Assembly: GCA_963807635.1 (NCBI GenBank)
Contig: CAWEDJ010000075.1
Location: 1-64,000 of the forward strand
Reading direction: 5' to 3'
DNA length: 64,000 nucleotides
Origin: an uncultured cyanobacterium
GTDB lineage: Bacteria > Cyanobacteriota > Cyanobacteriia > Cyanobacteriales > Microcystaceae
Under the pieces are notes generated by a model that saw only the letters and a program-made list of their open reading frames with translations, searched no databases and had not been told where the DNA came from. Below are positions 44,486 to 54,253 of this stretch, piece by piece. Numbering within the stretch: position 1 is the stretch's first letter; each line of letters opens with the position of its first letter. The translations under genes were made by a program, and so were the position numbers.

Positions 44486-45187
44486 GCCCAACTTGTCTTA
44501 AAGGTCGCGATTATTTTAACATCTCATCGCTAATTCACCGTTATCTTGCTTTTTTTGCGTTTTTCGCTACATCGGAATATACTATGAAAAGTCTAGGTCA
44601 AAACGAGTCTTGATTGAACGCGATCGCCGTTTAAGACTTGTGCAACTCGATGACCAAAACGAAAAATCAGATAGTCAAACGTTCATTTCTGTAAATTAGT
44701 CCTGAAGATAACAACAAAAATTTAATAGTATTCAATTCTTATAAAATGCTTCAAAATTCTGTAGAAACATAATACTGTTATGTCCTTAAGCGATCGCCTG
44801 TTAATCAAATTGTCTTTGGAGAGAAAAAAGGGGTTAAAATGTCGGTAGGGATGTAAGGCTCGCACAAAAAAAGGTTGATCGCCTTTAAATCCCCCTAAAA
44901 ATCAAAATTTGGTAGGGGTTTGGTTGCCAAATTCATTGGTTATATTGCTACAATTTGATGGTTTTCTAAAGCAAAGATTGTAGGACTTGGAGACCAAGCA
45001 CCTACGTTAAATTAGAATTATTCAACCCATTACAAATCAAAAAATTAAGACGGAATTATAACCCTAGAAGCGCGATTGCGGATTGTAATGATTAAATGCG
45101 ATCGCGTTTATTCATTCACCTGTTGCCAAGAAAGTTTATAGTATAATGAGTCTAAAATATTCTCATTATTGAGCATTGGTAGTGATT

Positions 45188-45841
45188 ATGCCGATTGGTT
45201 TACCTGAATTTATTGAAAATCAAGAAAATCGTTGTCCTGTCATTTTTGTGTTAGATACGTCGGGATCTATGCAAGGCGCACCGATCGCGGCTTTGAATGA
45301 AGGCCTTAAAACCTTTAAGCAAGATGTTTTGCGCGATACCCAGGCGATGTTGAGTGTGGAAGCCAGCATTATTACCTTTGGGGATGGAGTTAAGCAAATT
45401 CAGGATTTTGTGACAATTGACCATTTTGAACCTCCTCAATTAAGGGCTGATGGTTTAACGCCAATGGGAGAAGCGATTAATCTTGCGTTGAATGTTTTAG
45501 AACAGCGTAAGGCAGTCTATAAAACTAACGGGATTCCCTATTATCGTCCTTGGGTCTTTTTAATTACAGATGGTGCGCCAACGGATGCTTGGCAAGGGGC
45601 GGCTCAAAATTTACGACAAGCCGAAGCAGAAAATCGTTTGTTGTTCTTTTCAGTAGCGGTTCAAGGGGCCAATATGGAAATTCTCAAACAAATTTCGCTG
45701 AGACCACCTGTTTTATTAAATGGTCTTGATTTTCGGGATTTATTTATCTGGCTCAGTAGTTCGATGAAGCGGGTTTCGAGTGGCAAGATTGGGGAGGCGA
45801 TCGCGTTACCGCCTGTAACTTGGGGTCAAATCACAACTTAA
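45188..45841 (+). CDS. TerY/YegL-like vWA protein
   Basis: ENQENRCP, MIDAS motif DTSGSM, GLTPMG, YYRPWVFLITDGAPTD, FIWLSSS. Confidence 0.9.
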   Translation: MPIGLPEFIENQENRCPVIFVLDTSGSMQGAPIAALNEGLKTFKQDVLRDTQAMLSVEASIITFGDGVKQIQDFVTIDHFEPPQLRADGLTPMGEAINLALNVLEQRKAVYKTNGIPYYRPWVFLITDGAPTDAWQGAAQNLRQAEAENRLLFFSVAVQGANMEILKQISLRPPVLLNGLDFRDLFIWLSSSMKRVSSGKIGEAIALPPVTWGQITT

Positions 45842-45878
45842 ATTTTTAACCAAATATGATATTTTCTAGGAGGAAAGT

Positions 45879-46109
45879 ATGCGTAAACAAAGAATTGAAT
45901 ATTCTTCGCCGTTAGATGCGTTGATTGCAGTTACAAAGCGTCTCAGTGTTTATGAAAATAAATATCAATGGGATTCAGAAGATTTTTTTGATCGCTATAA
46001 CAAGGGATGTTTAACGGATGAGGTTGATTTTATCGAATGGTCTAATGATTACCGCCATTATCTAGCGTTACGTTTAGAATTAGCCAATTTATTAGCCCAT
46101 GCTGCATAA
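45879..46109 (+). CDS. Putative antitoxin (TumA-like)
   Basis: YENKYQWDSEDFF...G...DEVDFIEW; overlaps the downstream DUF6516 gene. Confidence 0.7.
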   Translation: MRKQRIEYSSPLDALIAVTKRLSVYENKYQWDSEDFFDRYNKGCLTDEVDFIEWSNDYRHYLALRLELANLLAHAA

Positions 46110-46479
46110 AATTTTAGAGGATTATTTAAAAGATATTGAACTGGCTTTACTGGCTTTAGAGCAGGTTTATATTGAGCGTTATACTGAAGAAATATTAACA
46201 CCGACTAGAGTCAATTTACGACTTCGTATTCGTTGGAATTTGGGGTATTTACTGGAAATTAATGAAGCGGTTATTGTTGAAAATAATGTTTTGACATTCT
46301 TAGATTATCGTTATCACTGTCAAGATAGGCACAATATCCTAATTTTTCGTTATGATAGCACCCCTCATTTTCCTGATTTATCGAGCTTTCCCCATCATAA
46401 ACATTTGCCAAAAGATGTAATTGCTTGCGAAAAACCTGATCTTATTCAAGTGTTGCAGGAAGTTACAGTTTTAATTTAG
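46099..46479 (+). CDS. DUF6516 (TumE-like) toxin
   Basis: YRYH...FRYDSTPHFPDLSSFPHHKH. Confidence 0.78.
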   Translation: MLHKILEDYLKDIELALLALEQVYIERYTEEILTPTRVNLRLRIRWNLGYLLEINEAVIVENNVLTFLDYRYHCQDRHNILIFRYDSTPHFPDLSSFPHHKHLPKDVIACEKPDLIQVLQEVTVLI

Positions 46480-46541
46480 TTTTAAATCTAATTAAATTTA
46501 TCCCATTTTACAATATTTAGTTTATTTGATGATCAGAAAAA

Positions 46542-48608
46542 ATGACCAAATTGTTCTGTAGTAAAACGAATCAGGCAGTTACGTTAACGGTTTCTATTGC
46601 CCAGAGTGGGGAAGGAGAAGTTTGGCGGACGGATCGCTCTGGTCTGTTGGCGAAAATTTATCATGTTCCCGCAAGCAATGAGAAAGAAAAGTTAGCCCAG
46701 ATGAAAGATCGGGTGGCGAAGTTAGAGGTGATGGTGAAGCGGGTTCCGAAAGATCCGAATGCTCACCAGAATCATATTTCCTTTGCTTCACGCGATCGCT
46801 TCTCAAGAATAGCGGTGGGGAAGTGGTGGGCTTTCTGATGCCAGAGGTGGAGAATAGCCTGGATTTATTGAAGGTTTGTACGCCGAGAATGCGGAAATCT
46901 TTGGGGGTTGATGCGAATTGGTATTTTCTCCATGTGGTCGCCCGAAATATTGCAGGAATTATTCAAGCGATTCATGATGAGGGTTATGTTTTAGGGGATA
47001 TTAAGTTACAAAATATTCTGGTGAATAACCGCGCTTTACCGACGATTATTGATACGGATTCTTTTCAGGTTGTTGATCCTGTTCAAAATAAGGTTTATCG
47101 GTGTTTGGTTGCTTCGGAAGGGTTTACACCATCTGAGTTAATTGGTAAGAATATTGACTCGATTACTCAATCTGCGGTGCATGATCGTTTTCGGTTGGGC
47201 GTGGTTATTTATTATCTTTTGTTTGGTGGGGCCACCGTTTCGGGGAAGTTGGCAGGGTTCGGGTGATCCGCCTGAGCAAGTGGAGTTAATTCGTCGCGGT
47301 TTTTGGCCCTGTGCACCGAATAGTTTAATTCAGCCGAGTAATAATACGATTCCTTTGGATATCATTCATCCTGAGCTTCAACGGTGTTTTTTGCTGTGTT
47401 TTAATGATGGTCATTTCAATCCTTCTAAACGTCCGAGTGCGAGGGTTTGGTTGGAGGCGTTAGAGGTTGCGTTTAATGAGTTACAGTCTTGTGGAAAAGT
47501 TGATAGTCATTTTTATGGTTTGAGTTATGGGCGTTGTTATTGGTGCGATCGCGCTCAGAATTTAGGGGTTGATATTTTGCAAGGGAAGTTGATGGTGAAA
47601 CCCCAACCTATCAAGCCTCTATCTCAAACTAAACCCCAGCCTACTGTTGTTAAACCAATCGTCCCTAATCGGCCAATAACGTATCAACCACCACCACCAC
47701 AACTTTTTTTAACAAGAAGAAAGATTCTAGTCGGGATGGGTTTACTTGGGACTGGAGGAGCAATCACCTGGATAGGATCAAAAAAAACTCAATCCACATC
47801 TCTCCTGACTCCAACACCAAATCCAACACCAACACCAAATCCAACACCAACACCAAGTCCAAAGGCTACACCAATTATTATTAAATCATTAACAAATTAT
47901 ACAGAAGCTCTACCAGGGGGAGTCAAACTGAAAATGATCGCCATTCCTGCGGGTAAATTCCTAATGGGATCGCCCGATACCGATTCTGATGCCTCAGATG
48001 AAGAAAAGCCCCAACACCAAGTTGAATTAACTAGTTTTTGGATGGGGAAATATCCTGTGACTCAGGAGCAATATCAAGCCATAATGGGGATTAATCCGTC
48101 ATATTTTAAAGATAATCCCTATAACCCAGTGGAAAAAGTAACTTGGGATAATGCTCAGGAGTTCTGCCAAAGATTAAGTGAAAAAACAGGAAAAAAATAT
48201 CGTCTTCCCAGTGAAGCAGAGTGGGAATATGCCTGTCGAGCGGGAAGCCAAACCCGTTTTTATTTTGGAGATGATGAAAAGCAATTAGAAAAATATGCTT
48301 GGTATAAAGAAAATTCAGGTTCAAAAAACCACCCAGTCGGGCAGAAAAAGCCAAATAATTGGGGACTATTTGATATGAGTGGAAATGTGTGGGAGTGGTG
48401 TGACGATGTTTGGCATGAAAATCATGAAAATGCGCCAAAGGATGGAAGAAGTTGGAATAATAACTATTCTCAATCCCCTGTGAAACTAATGCGCGGTGGT
48501 TCTTGGGGAAGCGTTTCAAGGGGCTGTCGCTCGGCGGCGAGGGTCGGGATCGGTGCGGACTACTGGAGCAACAGCTACGGTTTTCGGCTTGCTCTTGGCT
48601 CTTTCTAG
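46542..48608 (+). CDS. YegI-type kinase + Cys/His cluster + TM + Pro/Thr linker + FGE-sulfatase (CLec) domain; two slips (~46788, ~47229)
   Basis: SGEGEV, AKIYH, GFLMP, GDIKLQNILV, IDTDSFQ, HDRFRL; C..H...CYWC; TRRKILVGMGLLGTGGAITW; RLPSEAEWEYACRAG, DMSGNVWEW, RGGSW...GFR. Confidence 0.87.
47811..47861 (+). repeat. CCAACA/CCAAAT tandem encoding a (PT/PN)n linker
   Basis: Read directly. Confidence 0.85.
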
Positions 48609-48627
48609 TGCGATCGCCTGTTTCATT

Positions 48628-48750
48628 TATAGAGTCCATTTGGTATCTTTCTCACAACCTTTGCCCAGTATGGATTAGAGAGAATTAGCCAAAATGCCTG
48701 TAATTCTTATCAGCTAAGCGTTACAAGAGAGATACCAAATAGGTTCTATA
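48628..48750. mobile_element. MITE-like element
   Basis: 25-bp imperfect TIR: TATAGAGTCCATTTGGTATCTTTCT versus the reverse complement of the right end, TATAGAACCTATTTGGTATCTCTCT; TA at both ends. Confidence 0.75.
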
Positions 48751-48778
48751 ACGAACACATATAATCAAAGGGAATAAA

Positions 48779-49594
48779 ATGAGCAACTATGTAACTAAAT
48801 CGATCAATGGTGATATATTTCAATATTATATCGATACATACGCAGGACTAAACCAAGCCGACACAAACCTAAAATTATTCTCAAATACACATGAGCGAAT
48901 ACTTTGCCATATATATTTTAATCCCAGCATAATCACCCCAGATATTAACGCAGATATTTTAGAAGGACATAAATCTACATTAGTTCTAACAGATTCATGG
49001 TTTTTATTTGAATCACTCAACTCATTAATAAAATTTTATGAATATATAAAACCAAAACCCTCATCTTCTTCTACACACAAAACCAGCTACGCGACGTATG
49101 ATGATGCTTATTTAGAACCTAAAAACTATAATTATACTAGAATACCGTATGGCCCACCCGAAATTTTTGATTATACATCAATAAAAAATGCTTACTTAGA
49201 ATATCTATTAGATTCATTGCTGGAAGAATACGAAAAAAATATGAGAAGCATATTCGATTTGCGAAAATCTCAAGATGAACTATTAGAATATTTTATGTAT
49301 CTTGAAAAATTTGCCTACCAATCACAGAGAGAATATCTTTTAACTGCATACAACCAAATATTTCAGAATTTCAATATCTTTCCACAATATCCTCTTTCGA
49401 TCTCATACGCGATAAGAAATCAATACGTTCATAATGGTGAGCCTGCTTCTACAGGATTTTCCACTCCCTTTCTGAAAACACAATTTATTAACGCACACCA
49501 CAAATTTGTCTTAAATTATTCTTTAATTGTTGTCACTGAATTAATTGAAAATGAAATTAACTTACGCAATAAAAACAATCTACCTAGTTGTTGA
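48779..49594 (+). CDS. Hypothetical protein with HEPN-type RxxxxH motif
   Basis: YAIRNQYVHNG near a helical C-terminus; AT-rich, no HIP1. Confidence 0.62.
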   Translation: MSNYVTKSINGDIFQYYIDTYAGLNQADTNLKLFSNTHERILCHIYFNPSIITPDINADILEGHKSTLVLTDSWFLFESLNSLIKFYEYIKPKPSSSSTHKTSYATYDDAYLEPKNYNYTRIPYGPPEIFDYTSIKNAYLEYLLDSLLEEYEKNMRSIFDLRKSQDELLEYFMYLEKFAYQSQREYLLTAYNQIFQNFNIFPQYPLSISYAIRNQYVHNGEPASTGFSTPFLKTQFINAHHKFVLNYSLIVVTELIENEINLRNKNNLPSC

Positions 49595-49702
49595 CCACTT
49601 CTAGTGCGATCACCATTACTGTCTTTATTCAAACGCATCTTATTTAATATTCGTTAAATCCGTAATATTTTGTGCGTTACGTTGTGCTAACATACCCTAC
49701 AA

Positions 49703-50227
49703 CTACTTCAAAACTGTCGCCAAAATTAAATTTAAAGCAGATAAAAAAGTCGCAATAACAAAAACGGTTCCTGATAAAATTAATTGCTGACTTTTCCAAG
49801 CACTCAATATACTCAAACTGTTAATACTTTGCTCATACTGATCAATAAACAATAATTTATATCCATCTTCTGTTAATTCTAGACACTTTTCAACCTGTTC
49901 ATTAGGAGAAATAATTGAATCTTGTCCACCCTATTTTTGTAAAATACCAATCAAACTGATGCCCGCCGATGCAAACAACAATAATAAACTGAGTATTTTT
50001 AAAACCGAACAACTATAGCAAGGTAATGAATCTTGAATAAGAATACTTTGATCAGGTAAATCATCTGCAAACTTGATTAAAGCCGCACTAAAACCTGCTA
50101 CTGCACTTAATTGAGTATTAAGAATATTAACCCGACTATCAAGCACTTTAATCGACTCTTGAGCATCGGTAAAAATAAGCTCTATAATTTGAGTATAACT
50201 ATTATTTAGACGAGGCTCATCATTCAT
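49703..50227 (-). pseudogene. Three-TM membrane protein with one in-frame TAG at 49933-49931
   Basis: The frame continues past the stop for 75 codons (GGQDSIISP...ILSGTVFVIATFLSALNLILATVLK*), adding a third TM helix. Confidence 0.65.
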
Positions 50228-50591
50228 GTCTGATATGAGTAATCTAGAAACATCCTCCCAGAATACTGCTCAATCTACACAAAGTAAACCACAACGCCCC
50301 AAAAAACCTGAAATTTATTTTTTAAGAACCTATCCGTTTAGAGATGATAGCTCTCACCATCATCCTCAAGAAGAGAATTATTGGAATGAAACCGTTGAAG
50401 CAGAAACATCCCAAGGTGAAAAACTTAATATAGAAGCTTATTTGTTGCGAGTTTATCCGACTACCTTCAATGAATATGATGCCTATATGGATATTCCCAT
50501 AAGCTACAATTCTGATATTAAATCTGATATTAAAAAAATACGATCATCACGTCTTGGGAAAACCTGGAACGTTGTTGCTGGGCCCCATTGA
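50226..50591 (+). CDS. Hypothetical protein
   Basis: 121-codon open frame in AT-rich DNA; no motif recognised. Confidence 0.5.
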   Translation: MSDMSNLETSSQNTAQSTQSKPQRPKKPEIYFLRTYPFRDDSSHHHPQEENYWNETVEAETSQGEKLNIEAYLLRVYPTTFNEYDAYMDIPISYNSDIKSDIKKIRSSRLGKTWNVVAGPH

Positions 50592-50744
50592 ATCTATCCC
50601 TATGGGCTATTTTCGTGGTGATTACGGTAACAATAATCCACCAGCTTGGATATTTGGACTTTGCTTGAGTCGAGAATAATAAATTTGATTATCATAGTCG
50701 CATTGCATCGGTTAAATTAACAAAACGAATTACCTTTTACTGAC

Positions 50745-52989
50745 TCAATTTAAAACATTTTTCATATAAGTTCCCCAAAGACTAGCGGCCTGTGCGCTAC
50801 TGCCCGCCGTAGGAGAATTATTATCATTGCCCAACCAAACCCCCGTCACTAAATTTCGTTGGGGAATGAGACCAATAAACCACAGATCAACCCCCTTATT
50901 CGTGGTTCCCGTTTTTCCTGCGGCCCCCATCCCAATATTCGCCCCCTTACCCGTTCCCCCTGTGACTGCCCCGCGTAACATTTCCGTCATCGTGTTGGCA
51001 ACGCCTGGAGAAATCGCCTGGTGATGACCATTCTGATCCTGAGCAAAGACATAAATTTCGCGACAGGTTTCTGGTTTTTCGTAATTCTGGCAATCTCCAC
51101 CGTCCAGAATGCGTCGAATAGCGTGGGGACGATTCCACATTCCTTGATTGGCAAAGGTGGCATAGGCTCCTGTCATTTCCAGCACAGTTACCTCACTTTC
51201 ACCTAAAACTAACCCTGGAACGGGATTGAGATTGGAACGAATGCCCATCCGCTCGGCCATATTGACCACCTGATCCAATCCGACCCGTTGAGCGACCCGA
51301 AGCGCGATCGCGTTTTCCGATTGAGCTAAACCGTGAGCCATTGTAATCTCGCCACTACTGCGTTCACAGGGTTTATAGTCCTGCCCTTGCCAACGCAATG
51401 CTCCACAGGAATAGGTGCTATTAGCAGATAAGCCATCCTCTAGGGCCGCCGTGTAAGTAAACGCTTTGAAGGTAGAACCTGGTTGGCGTTTGGCTTGGGT
51501 TACACGATTATATTGACTGGTTTTGTAATCGGAACCACCGACTAAGGCGAGAATTTCCCCCGATCGCGTATCGAGAGTCACTAAGGCTCCCTGGGAAAAG
51601 CGAAAACGGGTTCCTACAGATTGAATCCCTGTTTTGAGAGATTTTTCGGCTTTGAGTTGCATTTTGGGGTCTAGGCTACTTTCCACAATAAAATTCCCTT
51701 CTTTAGCCACATCTTCCCCCAATAACTGTTGTAATTCCTGAAAAACATAACTATAAAAATAGGGAGCCAACATTTTCGAGAGAGCTTGATTTGCCTTGGG
51801 ACTGACCTTAATCCGCGATCGCCTGGCTCTGGCCCCTTCCTGTTCACTAATCATCCCCAAACTGACCATGCGATTAATGACTCGATTTCGTAATTGCACC
51901 GATGTTTGATAATCCTGGACGGGATTGTAGAGATTAGGAGCGGGTAACATGGCCACCAGGGTTGCCGCTTCCGAGATATCAAGATTTTTAGCGGATTTAT
52001 CAAAATAAAATTGAGCCGCATCCTCAAACCCGTAACTCCCGACCCCTAGATAAACCCGATTGAGATAGGTTTTTAAAATCTCATTTTTACTATAAAAAGC
52101 CTCTAATTTGAGGGCGACTAACATTTCTCGAATTTTACGACCCGCCGTATTTTCGCGACCCACGACCGTAAACAAACTGCGAGCCAACTGTTGAGTCAGA
52201 GTACTGGCTCCCTGGCGAATCCCCTTATCGGAGGTATTGATTAAAACTGCCCGCGCCACGCCCAAGGGATCTACGCCAAAGTGCCAATAAAAACGACTAT
52301 CTTCGGAGGCAATGACTGCTTTCGGGAGGTAGGGAGAAAAATCACTGAGTTTTTTTAATTCGTGGTGATTTTCTCGTTTTAGGGGATTCAGTAGGGTTTT
52401 TCCATCTTTTGCATAGATAACCACTGGCCCAACCACCCCAGCAGGTAAGGGATGAACCTCAATTTTTCTCCATTCCCAACCGATCCAAGCAATTAATAAA
52501 CTACTGATGACCGCCGTTCCATAAAGACCATAACGCAAGGTTTTCAGCCAAAGGGGAGGCGGATCTCGGTAAATGAGTTGGGTAATGTCTTCTAGTTCGG
52601 GCAGTCCCAGATTAATGACATCGCCATGTCTGAGGGGAAAGGTTTGCAGGCGTTTTCTCCCAAAAAAGAGTCCATTGGTCGAATCTTCATCCTTGAGATA
52701 GAAATGATTGGGATGATCGGGATCTCGATGTAAAGAGCAGTGGGTCTGACTGACAACGGCATTTTTGATGAGAATATCGCAGGTGCGAGAACTTCTGCCA
52801 ATAATGTAGCGATCGCCGAGCAGAGGATATTTTTCGACTTTTTTAGAATCTTGATTTTCTTTAACCCAGAGTTCGGGAACCCTAGCCCCCTTTTTGATCG
52901 CAGGTTTCGGCCCCGTTCAAACCGACCAATTTCTGGACGGCTTGGGTAACGAGTTGACTCAGGGGTTGGCGGCTGGGGTGTTGGGTCAT
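50745..52989 (-). CDS. Class A penicillin-binding protein with N-terminal FHA domain; one slip near 52911
   Basis: FHA motifs IGRSS..CDI, VSQTH, DEDSTNG upstream in frame; SEDSRF, QGASTLTQQL, QPGSTFK, SEN, GKTGT. Confidence 0.9.
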
Positions 52990-53032
52990 CGGCGATCTTT
53001 GCAAGGGTTCTATTAAAACACACTCAATGTTT

Positions 53033-53153
53033 TAAGGAGATGGATCTTAAACGTTATAAGATCCCCCCGTCCTACGGACACCCCCCTTATTAAGGGGGGC
53101 AGGGGGGATCGAGTGAAAAAACTATTCTCAGTTTAATGGTAACTAGCTACTTA
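53033..53153. repeat. 121-bp MITE-like dispersed repeat, copy 2
   Basis: Matches 7517-7637; ends TAAGGAG...CTACTTA. Confidence 0.75.
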
Positions 53154-53357
53154 GATAAAAAGGGATTGATGATCACGATTCTAATCGATCGCGACATGAC
53201 GTTAAAGTTGTAATAAGTCGTTAAATTTGTCTGACAGCATTAGAAGTATTCTAAATAAATGGGGTGTCGATTACGCGATCGCGCGAAAAATCTAGGATAG
53301 CCCTTATTACATAAAAATAAAGAATATCATTGCAAATTGCCAAGGAAGCTAGTCAAA

Positions 53358-54212
53358 ATGCTCAATAAAATTTTATATGCTGACGCGGGAACCTCCCAAA
53401 CCCAGGAAATGCTGAAAGCCTTGATGGATTTGCCTGCCTTCAAAAAAGCGGCTATCACGGTTCTACACGTCGTTCCTCCCCAAATTACGGCGGATGCTTT
53501 GACTGAAAAATGGGATGAAGGGGGCAAAATCATTGCCGACATTCTCAAAAATATTGACATTGACCCCAGCAAGGTTTCGACCGTATTGCGTCAAGGGGAA
53601 CCTAAAACAACCGTTTGTGAGGTCGCCGATGAAATAGGTGCGGATTTGATTCTGATGGGATCACGGGGCTTGAAGCGGTTAGAGGCAATCCTCGAAAACT
53701 CCGTGAGTCAATACGTTTTTCAATTGACGAATCATGCCATGTTATTGGTCAGGGATGATATCTATGTCAAACGCATCAAACGGATTATGGTCGCCTTAGA
53801 CAAATCTGCCGCCGCCGAATATACCCTCGATCTCGCGCTTTATTTGTTGAAAGATTATCCAGAAGCTGAATTGATTTTGGCACGGGTGAATCCAGATCTC
53901 AAACCTGATTTACTCCCCCTTTCCCGCCAGGAAATCGAAAATAATCCCGTCCTAGCTCCCGCGATCGCCAAGGCAAAACGCTATGGCATTAACTATCGCT
54001 CTATTGTGACAGGTGGCAAGCCAGGGGAAAAAATCTGTGAATTAGCCGATGAATATAGTGTGGATTTATTAATGATCGGTTCCCCCGATCGCCGTCCGTC
54101 GGTTGCCAGGAGCTTACCTGACCTAGACCGTCTGTTGGGAACCTCTTTGTCGGACTATATCCGAGTCAATGCCAATTGTCCCGTTCTTTTAGCCCGTAAC
54201 GAAGGCGTATAA
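53358..54212 (+). CDS. Universal stress protein (tandem USP domains)
   Basis: ADLILMGSRG...NSVS, DLLMIGS...GTSLSDY...CPVLL. Confidence 0.92.
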   Translation: MLNKILYADAGTSQTQEMLKALMDLPAFKKAAITVLHVVPPQITADALTEKWDEGGKIIADILKNIDIDPSKVSTVLRQGEPKTTVCEVADEIGADLILMGSRGLKRLEAILENSVSQYVFQLTNHAMLLVRDDIYVKRIKRIMVALDKSAAAEYTLDLALYLLKDYPEAELILARVNPDLKPDLLPLSRQEIENNPVLAPAIAKAKRYGINYRSIVTGGKPGEKICELADEYSVDLLMIGSPDRRPSVARSLPDLDRLLGTSLSDYIRVNANCPVLLARNEGV

Positions 54213-54253
54213 CGATTGGTTATAACGGGTGGTTTAAGCGTCAAAAAAAAGTA

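Noticed and set aside
40672..49933. Genome-wide TAG reassignment to explain the two in-frame ambers
   Set aside because: TAG terminates conserved genes at their expected ends (psbZ, dut, dxr, gltB).
7655..52989. Mass pseudogenisation (hflX, hik2, PBP, sensor genes)
   Set aside because: Each break is a single-base slip at GGCC or a homopolymer with otherwise intact motifs; sequencing error is more parsimonious.
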